From Octopus sinensis (Eukaryota), in the NCBI RefSeq assembly GCF_006345805.1, contig NW_021824834.1, positions 1-64,000 on the forward strand: a stretch of 64,000 nt of DNA, given 5' to 3'. The first letter of the stretch is position 1. The number at the start of each line of letters is the position of its first letter. Below, piece by piece: positions 53,895 to 64,000 of this stretch. A program made the position numbers and the translations under genes. The notes under the pieces are model-generated. The model was given only the letters and a program-made list of their open reading frames with translations, was not told where the DNA came from and searched no databases.

Positions 53895-54730
53895 TGTTTG
53901 TGTTTGTATGTATGTGCACATATGTATATATATATACATGTATATATATATATATTATATATATATATATATACACGCACATACATATTACATATACTAT
54001 ACATATACATATATACATATGTGTGTGTGTGTGATCAATGTAACTGATGAGCAAGTAGATGTATCAGTTCATTGCCTTAGAAATATGTAGCACATCACTA
54101 AGGTGTTGTTGGGATGATTAGAAGCTGCTGTTGTAACTGTAAAGGTAACAGGGAGAAAACATTGTGTTGAATAAAAAAAAAAAAGACTTTTAAACTACTC
54201 AGATGCTTTGTAGATGAGTCTGACTAGGTATATCAGTTGTGCTTGTATGCATCAGGTGTTCCGGCTGAAAGTAGATGACCAGTTATATAATGTGTAACCA
54301 CCAGGTCTAGTCTTTGTCGCAGTATGGTTGCTTCTGTGCTTCACCGACCCTCAAAGTTATTCCAGCGGTGCATAATTTCCTGGTATTGCTTCCCACGCTA
54401 TACAGGTCAAATGGTGGAAGATATTGATAATTTTATGTCCATCAGCCTATTACTGAAAATTAACCGTCTTCTACTCTACTTTTATTATCTTATTTTATCT
54501 TATTTTATTTTATTTTATTATCTCTCATCTTCTTCCCTGCCTATCCTACTAACAGTGTTACCACATTATTTAACTTCTATGTGTGTGTATTTGTGTGTAT
54601 GTATATAATTTGGGCATACACGTTGTAATATGCCGTCTAAAACCCCTTCTCAGTATTCGGCCGCCTGATGTCATCAACAATATGGAGGTATATTCCACTA
54701 GATTCACTTCAGGAAATCCTTTATGTCCGT

Positions 54731-55052
54731 AGAGAAAGGAAATGAAGATCACGAGACTCTTTCTTATTCACTACGACCGTTTCGACCCATCGTGCACGGG
54801 TGCCTTGTGGGTGAGATGCTATACAAACAGGTTGTGTTGCATTATGGATACAGGTGTGTGTCTCGTCATGTAACTTGTCAAAAGGTATCTTTTGACAAAT
54901 CACCTGATCTTTGACAAGTCACCAGGCGAGACACATCTACACCAATGATGCAACAAAACTGTTGCATCTCACATGTGATGTACCAATGCTCGACGGGTCG
55001 AAACAATCGTAGTGAATAGTAAAGTGCTTCGTGAATTTCATTTTCCATCTCT
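54731..55052. repeat. ~320-bp imperfect palindrome (foldback element)
   Basis: tattcactacgaccgtttcgaccc / gggtcgaaacaatcgtagtgaata; gtgagatgc / gcatctcac; tgtgtctcg / cgagacaca; acttgtcaaa / tttgacaagt. Confidence 0.9.
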
Positions 55053-55059
55053 CATATTT

Positions 55060-55202
<143 letters not shown>

Positions 55203-55942
55203 CGATACGACGAGCGTCTTTCAGTTTCCGTCATACTAAATCCACTCACAAGACTGGTCGACCTGGGCTGGGGGCCATAGCAGAAGACACTTGCTCAAGG
55301 TGCCTTTGCGTGGTACCTTAAGTAATTCACCCACAAGATACTTACCAAGGTGCCGCGTAGTTTGACTGAAGCTGAATCTTCTTGGTTGCAAAACGAGCTT
55401 CTTAACTACGCGATCATTTTGGCGCCTGATTACAAAAAAAAGCTCATATTTTTATCTCAGTTTGTTTTTCTTCTCTTTTGGGGGGTGGGGGTGAAGGTGG
55501 GGGCTTTAAAATGTGTTAATTAGTTTCTTTATATTCTGTATATAAATAAACGTCTGTGCGAGTTTGCATATGGTTTTGTGTTTGTGTGCACGTGAACGTG
55601 TGTGTGCGCACGCGCGAGTCTGCGTGCACCTGTATATATGCAGGGGTGTACATTATATAACAAGTAAAAAGACAAAAAAAAAGCAAAAAGAGCAAAGCAA
55701 GATAATTAACGAGAAATAATTAGCAACGCAGAGAAAGTTGTTATTTTTGTATTCAGATTATTTTATTATTAAAATATATATATATAAATGAACAAATTTG
55801 ACCAAAACAAGTTACTCCATAAATACATTATGGCGAATATCGTATATCTTGGCATTTATCAACACCTCGGCACTTTAGATTGTTGAGAGACCACAGGGTT
55901 TATTGCTTAATTTCGCATGTTTAAATCTTAAATTCTTTAGGT

Positions 55943-56024
<82 letters not shown>

Positions 56025-56041
56025 CAGATAGACAGACAGAC

Positions 56042-56093
<52 letters not shown>

Positions 56094-56449
56094 ATATAGA
56101 TAGATAGATAGATGGATAGATAGATTGGTCGATTGGTCAAATCTCGACTGTATTATGCAGTGTGTGTGCGTTTATATGTATGGGTATGTATACACATATA
56201 ACTACATACTCACACACACACACACACACACACACACGTACGTACGTACATACGTATGTATGTAGGTATGCATCATATGACAGATTGAGAAAGGTTTTGC
56301 AGAGTTAAATACCCACAAAATCACACTCCATTGTCCTGGTAAAGTAAAAAGACGTTGAATAAAATAGTTCTAAATAACTCTAAAATGTCGAGATGGTCAT
56401 GGATGGAATGTCTTTAAGCACATGCCTGCTCAGCAACAGCAACAACAAC

Positions 56450-57615
56450 AGAAAGAACTTTTCTACTTTGGCATAGGCAGAATATAATTCTTTATATTCT
56501 GTAAGTGATAGAAATAATTCTTATAATTTTTGGCACAATGCCAGCAGGTTTTAAGAAAGGGAAAATTGGTTGTATTGACTTCATTTCTCAATAGGTACTT
56601 ATTTCATCGAACCCGAAAGAATGAAAGGCAAATTTCGGCTCCGGTGGCATCTGAACACAGAACGTAAAGAGGCGAAAGAAAGGCTGCTAAGCATTTTATT
56701 CTGCGCGGTAACGATTCCACCAGCTCGCAATAATTTTTCCTACTGTAAGTACAGAGCCTGAAATTTTGAGAGGAGGAGTTAGTCGGTTGCGTCAACCTCA
56801 TTGTTCTACTGATATTTATTTTATTGACCCCGAAAAGATAACAGGCAAAGTCGACTTCGGTAGCATTTGAACTCAGAACGTAAAGCCGGAAGACGTGCCA
56901 CTAAGCATTTTGTCCGGCGTAGTAACGATTCTACCAGCTCGCTGCCTTCTAAATGGCTTCAAATTTTGGCACAAGTCCAGTAACTTTAAGAGAGTAGGTG
57001 GGAAATCGATTACATTGATCCCAGTTTTCAACTGCAGCTTATTTTATGGAGCCGAAACGATGGAAGGCAAAGCCGACCTCTTCGGAATTAGTAGTCGAAA
57101 TAACGGTAAAAAATTTTGGCACAGGGTCAGCAGTTTTGGTCCTTTACTAGTACTTATTTTATAGACCCCTAAAGGATGAAAGGCAAGGTCGACTGCGGAA
57201 AATTTGATCTCAGACGGACGAAATGTCCGGCATTCTAAATGTCCGGCATTCTATCAGCCCACCGCCAGTATCAAATTTAGGTACAAGACCAGCAATTTTT
57301 GGAAGGGCTAAGTCGATTACATCGACCCCAGTACTCAACTGGTATGTACTCCATTGACCTCGAAAGGATGAAAGGCAAAGTCGACCTGGGCGGAATTTGA
57401 ACTCAGAACGTAAAGACGGACGAAATGCCGCTAAGCATTTTGTCCGGCGTACTAACTATTCTGCTAGCTCACCGCCTTGACATAACTAAATACTGGCTTC
57501 AAATTTTGGCACAAGGCCAGCAAGTCTGGGTGTTGAGGTTTAAATCGATTACATCGAGCCCAGTGCTCAACAGGTCCTTGATTTATTGGCCTCGAAAGGA
57601 TGAAAGGCAAAGTCA
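56450..57615 (-). mobile_element. Head-to-tail cluster of about six family D SINE copies or fragments
   Basis: Repeated ttttggcacaag..tcgattacatcga..gaaaggatgaaaggcaaagtcgac..gaactcagaacgtaaag units. Confidence 0.82.
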
Positions 57616-58388
57616 GTATTACAAGCTGACGGAGCTGGATGGAAGAGGAGGATACTATGTCATCAGTATGAGTAAGTGCGATGTCGGTGGTCTTTCACTA
57701 AATCCACATCGATCTAACGCCAAGAGCGGCATTGAGAAAGATAAGTATTTGTTGTTGTTGTTGTTGTTGTTTAGCCACAGGGTCGTCCTGATCGAGCAGA
57801 CCTATGGAAAAATGTACTTAAGTATTGACCGTCTCGTCATTTTCTTTCCTTTATTTTTATTGTTTTATCTATATGTTCATTTATTTATGCCTACATTATC
57901 CAATGTGTCTTTTTTTGTAGCACGGTGGAGTGTGGTTTGAGGGAGATTTTATTTCCTTTTTCTAGTAGATTGTTCAACCACATAAAACGTTCCTTATTGA
58001 GGTTTATGGGATGTGTTATTTAGGGTGGTGTATGAATCTGGAGAAGATTTTTAAATGTAAGCCTCACTTTGGGTTTTGAGGGATTTTTTTCGCTCACAAA
58101 ACAATGCTTTAGTCGTATTAGCTCCTGTTCGTCTTCAGGTGCCATATCTGTATTTCGCGTGTGTAATTTACACAGGATCACGCCGAGATTGCACGTATGA
58201 ACATTTAGTTCATGTACGAGTGTTTCCCAGCATTCTGATCTGCAGTGTTGATTGAAATATAGGTCAGTTTTGTTGTTGTTGTTGTTGTTTTCTTTCTTTT
58301 TTGTTTTCTATTTTCATCATATATTTATTTGATTAGCTGAATGTCGTGTATAAATCACGTGTCTTCATTCTTATTGAAGGTCATTATA

Positions 58389-58467
<79 letters not shown>

Positions 58468-59709
58468 ATACATATTCATATGCATATATATACACATATA
58501 TATATGTACAAATACATAAGAAAATTTGAGGGATAATTATAATCCATGCTATCACCTCGTTACCATTTCATGAAATAACCTGGTTAGTATAGTGTTCAGT
58601 TAACTGGAATAAACATCAGTTAAATTCCAGTAGATTATAAAAGGGACCATTTTGCAAATCCAGAGTATAGTCCAATACGCATAAAATAAAATAGAATAAA
58701 AAATGTTCGTTTACTGAAACGATTGTAACATCAATCTGAATTTCTCATATCCTCATTTCAATTATTACATATACACATACACATACATGCACATATATTA
58801 TATGTATTATATACACATATACGCATACATATATACATATACACATTTGTATTTACATATATTTACATACATTAGGATGTTGAAAGACAAAATCAAGCGA
58901 ATTTATTGTGCACCCTCTCCACCCACGCAAATAGATATATTTGCTGTTACTTCAAGTAACCTATCCATTTTAAGGCATTTCGTTCTATACAACAGAACCC
59001 GCCGAAAATAACAAAAGTAAGACAAAATTAATTATACTGAGCTTCAATAAGGCCTGGTTTAACGAAAGTGTGTAACCTGGAACCAATGAGAGTTTTGTAT
59101 AGCGCAGTACAGTATGTTACAGCCAACAGTCACTCGCGAACGAGTATGACTTGGTAACAAGTACCGTGCTTTCTCTAATTCTTTTTATATACCTACACAG
59201 TGGCGAGCAGACGTAGACACAGCCTAGACTCTCTTCAACCTTGATCCAGCGACACAGTCTTCGATGGAAGGTACAACTGAAGGTAAAGACGATTGCACCA
59301 GATTGTAATGGGGCTTATGACAGCTGAGAAATCTAGGGTAATGTGAAATGAGGCGATTAGCTTAAAGAGACAACACGCCGCGCGTTCCAAGAATTGAAAC
59401 CACGGCCTTATGAACGGGAGCCGAACGCGTTAACCGCTAGTCCATACGCCTTCAGAATAGTTTTCACATGTACATTGGATCAGGTCAAGCTTTCCGAAAG
59501 CTCTTGTCCATTCTGCCAGACAATAAATACGCTCATCAGAGGCTTAATAAAAAGAAAAATAATGGAAAAGCTTGTGGTAATTTGTATCAGAGCGATTCAG
59601 TTCAAAAATAAAGCAAACGATGATTTTACGTCAAGAGATTTAGCTATCAAATGTTGTATGCTTCCCCTGGTATCAAAACTGCATTTAAATTCTCTCTTTG
59701 GCAATACTC

Positions 59710-59745
<36 letters not shown>

Positions 59746-59943
59746 GAACTATTACTACCCATATATTTTAATTTAACTAAAATAAAAAAAAAGAAATGAA
59801 CGAACTAGTGAGTTTAGTTTAATGGCCTACCAATCTATACTATGAGTTTCTTTGCCCTAGGAGTCGGGAAGACACTCGGCAAGAAATGGAAGCAAATTTG
59901 AAAGAAGAAGAAAAAAAGATAATAATAATAATAATAATAAACG

Positions 59944-59944
59944 G

Positions 59945-60012
<68 letters not shown>

Positions 60013-60035
60013 GTGATGATGGTGATGATGGTGAT
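59944..60035. repeat. (GAT)n trinucleotide repeat
   Basis: Directly visible. Confidence 0.95.
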
Positions 60036-60260
60036 TTCTAAGATAGGTTCAAGGCCACACATTTTGGTAGGAAGGATATAAAGTTAGTTAAGTCAGTTTC
60101 CAGTACTACACTGGTGCTTTTATTTCATCGATTCTGGAAGGATGAAAAGCAAAGTTTATTTCGGAGGGATTTGAATTCAGAACATAAAGTGACGAAACAA
60201 AATATTGCAAATATTTTATATTTGCATTTTTTTTTTTTGCAACGCGTGAGGGATTAAATA

Positions 60261-61319
60261 TTAAATCCTGGAAATTTCTGGAATGTAAAGCGTCTGTATT
60301 GGTAGGGCTATTTTTATAGGAGTTAAATGCTCAGTAGCCATCGGTATAATTGTGGAAATCATAGGCGCTGTTGAATCGTCTCTCGGTAAAACACCAAAAT
60401 CTTTGGTGTTCCCATTTGTGTCTGTTGAACTTGTCTTTTTCAAGGCAGAAGGCCGTCTTCTGTATATATATTCATGACCATAAATCTTTCGAAACAAAAA
60501 GCAACGTATATGATAGAGGACAAAATGCACAAGTTGAAGAAACGGTGTGATAACGAACGCCAGCAGCAGCGCCATTACTAATGACGTCCAGGGATAGTTC
60601 CAGTCCAAAATTCCTGGATAAATTATATTATTTTCGCGGTCCGAGGACCAATAACATATATTGAACACTAAGTATATCATACCGTAAAAAATGGAATAAA
60701 GAACATGGTAAAGACGGACGGGGTAGGCGCATAGAATTACTTCAAGTATTACAAACACCGTGTTCAGGGCATGGATGTTGATGTCTTCAAACGATATTAC
60801 TGGACACGGTTCATTCTGTATAAATCCAGGATAGATAGCACCGAAGAATATAAGTGTGACGATGATGGCCCAGTTGAATACAACACTAAAGACAAGCCAT
60901 GATAGCTTCATGTACCACGTACTTCGATCAGCTTCCACGCTGAAATTCGCTTTCATATCCACCTGAAAACCTGCTTCCAGTTCCGACTTACCATGAAAAT
61001 ATATATCCGGATTGAATGACTTTTGGTCGTAGAGTCCACTCGGTAGGGTCAGTCGACGAATGCTGGTGGGTTTGACCGTGTCGATTACTCTGTTTGTACC
61101 TCGCTTCTCCTTCCACATACAGAACAGTGTTATCACGGCTGCCATGTTAAAGTGTAATACAAGGAGTGAGTAGGTCCAGGTTGTCATGTAAGCCATGATA
61201 TTGTGACTGACTGGTGAACTGCCATGCGACATCACGATCACGTAATCCAGCAGACAAGCCATTGTGTAAAACGCCAGGCTGACGCGGTACATTGCAAATA
61301 CGATGCGAGACCATTTCCA
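60261..61319 (-). CDS. rost: Terminal coding exon of a rolling stone-like multi-pass membrane protein (FAR-17a/AIG1-related); N-terminal exon not identified
   Basis: 343-aa ORF extends 9 codons upstream (WKWSRIVFA) to a polypyrimidine acceptor ttttcag at 61320-61321, phase 0. About six hydrophobic segments. Motifs YMTTW, WYMKLSW, HALN, PVRLYH..Y...YG..Y..F..Y and IYPGILDW are characteristic of rost-like proteins. Confidence 0.88.
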   Translation of the reverse strand, partial: WKWSRIVFAMYRVSLAFYTMACLLDYVIVMSHGSSPVSHNIMAYMTTWTYSLLVLHFNMAAVITLFCMWKEKRGTNRVIDTVKPTSIRRLTLPSGLYDQKSFNPDIYFHGKSELEAGFQVDMKANFSVEADRSTWYMKLSWLVFSVVFNWAIIVTLIFFGAIYPGFIQNEPCPVISFEDINIHALNTVFVILEVILCAYPVRLYHVLYSIFYGMIYLVFNICYWSSDRENNIIYPGILDWNYPWTSLVMALLLAFVITPFLQLVHFVLYHIRCFLFRKIYGHEYIYRRRPSALKKTSSTDTNGNTKDFGVLPRDDSTAPMISTIIPMATEHLTPIKIALPIQTLYIPEISRI

Positions 61320-61672
61320 CTGAAAAATATTTGAAAAGAAAAGAAAAGAATTAATATTAAATTCAACTAATAATTAACATTCTTTAATTAAGATTATTGA
61401 AGCAATTAGCAGACAAAAATTACTCTACGGAATATTCCACTTTGTAAACATTTTGTAGAAGGAAGAACAAAGGTCTTAATTTGAAAGATGGGATTTTCCA
61501 TCAATTTAATCACAACTATAACTGGTTTATCACAATTCCATTTCGATCACTATATTTTCCAACTGTCCTTGTGTACCACAATATAAAATAAATGGCGTAT
61601 ATTCTCAGTTCGTAAAATAAATGTGTAAGTATATGTATATATGTGTGTGTGTGTATGTATGTATATATGTAT

Positions 61673-61748
<76 letters not shown>

Positions 61749-62061
61749 ATATAGTGTGTGTGTTTCTCCTTTCCTTACCCACTGTCTTCGGCGCTTGACA
61801 TTTTTATAGAGAACTGCACTCTTCATAACTTGCACTAAGAATAAATACAAGGTTAAATTACTATCTGCTTTTATAGCAGGTGAACGCAGTTAGCTTATCC
61901 CGTTCCCGTCCGACTTTTAATTCATGCAATTGAAAAAAAACCGCATTATTTATGGGATGACCATATATATATATATATAATATATTAATAAATAAAACAT
62001 ATGCATATATATATACATATATGTACGTACCAACCTCTACATGTATATATACACGCATATA

Positions 62062-62406
62062 TGAGTACAGGACACCAAAAAAACGTCGAACACAATGAGA
62101 AACGAAAACATAGACACAAACACAAGGAACTGGACATTTTTCTTAAATAACAAAAAAATAGAGTACAGGACAAATAACACAAGGAAAAACCCCTTCTTCA
62201 GTCGCCATGGTTTCATCTACTCAACGTTTCGAAAGCTCGTAGTCGGAATTCGGGTCTCGAAAACGTGCCCCCGCTTCTGGCGCGTCCGCTTCGGTCGTCC
62301 GTTCGGACTCCCGGCCCTATTCACTGGTGCGTGCGCGGTCGGGCCGCGGAGCTCTGCTCGCGTCGCCGCCGCGAGTCGGCACCCGTCCAGCGCTCGTCTT
62401 CGCCCG

Positions 62407-62408
<2 letters not shown>
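62062..62408 (-). mobile_element. Intronic short element related to 47787-47975, with an attached GC-rich segment
   Basis: Shared motifs with 47787-47975; embedded in (TA)n. Confidence 0.5.
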
Positions 62409-62452
<44 letters not shown>

Positions 62453-62752
62453 TAAATAAAAAGGGAACCTGATTAGCCACTATCCGCTCTACTGCGAATA
62501 TCGGTTATCAGAATATATAAGGAGGAACATCTCTTTAGTAGAAATATTTTTCACATCCACCGAAAATTCAGAAAGTTACCTTGAGTCACGGAATATAAAA
62601 ATAACAAGCGATGAATTGATTGATTCCACTGTATAAACGTTATGCCGGCAAATCCATTCTTAACTTGTTATGTGTGTGCGTGTGTATTTGTATGTGTGCG
62701 TTTGTGTGCGTGTGTGCATGCGTGTGTGCGTGTATCTATAATCTGCCTGTGA

Positions 62753-62783
<31 letters not shown>

Positions 62784-62871
62784 CATACATATATGTTTGT
62801 GTGTATGAATGTATTTATGTATGTATGTATGTATGTATGTATGTATGTATGTATGTATGTATGTATGTATG

Positions 62872-63112
62872 TCGGGCATGTGGAAAAGAGTGTAATTCGG
62901 CAGGAGGACTTAAACGACATGCAAAGAAAGTACATGAAGCCCAGTTACAACTACAGCCGGCTATTACCAGTAAAGGTTTTAGTTGCCAATTTTGTACAAG
63001 ACATTGTAGATCTTTAGCTGGGCTAAAAAGTCATATTCGATCACAGCACCAGAAACAGTTAAGCTTCGTGCAATGGCCATACTCGATAACGAGGGGCAGC
63101 CATAATAATAAT
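62872..63112 (+). mobile_element. RTE-like LINE extreme 3' end with two C2H2 fingers
   Basis: [20 protein letters not shown] and CQFCTRHCRSLAGLKSHIRSQH, then a short UTR stem-loop (ctcgataacgag) and a (TAA)n tail; sits in (TATG)n. Confidence 0.7.
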
Positions 63113-63819
63113 ATATGTATGTAGATGTTTGTAATACCGTAATATTCTTATAAATAGATCTTCGTATACGTATCTGGGTGTAGGTCCATTTTGCTTACGT
63201 TATCTTCCCACAAAACCAGATTATGTGTGTATGTGAATGTATATCAGCTTTGTGTGTGTGTGTGTGTGTGTGTAAGAATATGAATATGTCTATACTATCA
63301 TGCTTGTATGTAGAAGAAAATATATATGTTTGTATTATCAGTATATATATCTATTTGTCTCTTTGATTTATTGCTCTTTTAGCACTTTAATTTCCATGCC
63401 GTTAGATAAGTGAAAACCTTCCGTCTGCTGACGGTATCCTATATTAATTATTCTCTTACTTTTCATCAAGTTTATAGTTTTGCCACTGATAATTCCTGTT
63501 TTTCTGACATTATGATATAGACAACGTGTCTGCAATACTATATTTTGTTCTTTTCCTTGATTTATTCTTTGTAAGTTTTTCATGTATGAATTCTCTCAAA
63601 GACTAAATTAAATATTGCTTTCATCGTCCTCTCTAAAGAAACGGTTATGTCAGTGCCATTGGAACAATTGTAAAGATCAGGAATATATCAATAAATCGAA
63701 GAAAGGTTCAACTTTATCTTTCATCCTTTCGGAGACGATAAAAAGTAACAGTCCAAATTATTCACAGACCTCTTAGAACTACTGTTTTTAGTGGGTTGTG
63801 AGCAACGGATTCACTACCT

Positions 63820-63860
63820 GTAGCCGATGAAGTATAGCAACGCAGAAACACGTGTGCTAC
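63820..63860 (+). ncRNA. Degenerate minimal hammerhead ribozyme
   Basis: gtag CCGATGA agtatagcaacgca GAAA cacgtg TG ctac; palindromic ACACGTGT. The site is GUG and stem II is eroded, so it is probably inactive. Confidence 0.55.
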
Positions 63861-64000
63861 GGTTCGATAACCTCATTTATAGTTCAGAGGTGTGCTTTTC
63901 ACGCTTATTGTCTATAAGAAGAACTTCCGAAGCGAAGATCATTCCATGTTCGAGTGTACACTAACGAGTTAAATATGATATTACACACTTATATCCCAAT

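Noticed and set aside
61779-61834. Candidate upstream exon of the rost-like gene (minus strand, ttcttag..cagtgg|gtaagg; MKSAVLYKNVKRRRQW, phase 0)
   Set aside because: Splice signals and phase fit, but the peptide does not resemble rost N-termini as I recall them. It cannot be supported without RNA-seq.
62801-63124. Host C2H2 zinc-finger gene
   Set aside because: Starts inside (TATG)n with no splice acceptor and ends with a LINE-type hairpin and (TAA)n tail; better explained as an RTE 3' end.

Overview
Eukaryotic, AT-rich, extremely repeat-dense DNA. The SINE families and microsatellite load look like a coleoid cephalopod (Octopus-like); this is inferred, not database-checked. Only one host gene segment is supported: a 1,059-bp terminal coding exon on the minus strand (61319->60261) of a rolling stone (rost)-like multi-pass membrane protein. 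There is also one degenerate tRNA-Pro(TGG). The rest is microsatellites, at least three tRNA-derived SINE families, fragments of Tx1/L1-, CR1-, RTE- and R4/Dong-like LINEs, a Penelope-like (GIY-YIG) element, a mariner relic, MITE-like and Helitron-like pieces, and long foldback palindromes. Almost all ORFs in the supplied track are microsatellite artefacts. The most interesting signal is about ten minimal hammerhead-ribozyme (HHR) folds: stem I / CTGANGA / stem II / GAAA / palindromic stem III / NUH. They lie in short, mutually unrelated non-coding elements, mostly embedded in (TA)n tracts, and one lies downstream of the Penelope ORF. They include a family with a shared A6U core variant and foldback elements carrying an HHR-like motif in each arm. 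A second signal is a Nin-domain-like SINE whose 3' tail matches the 3' end of a Tx1/L1-like LINE in the same window. All motif and alignment calls were made by eye.
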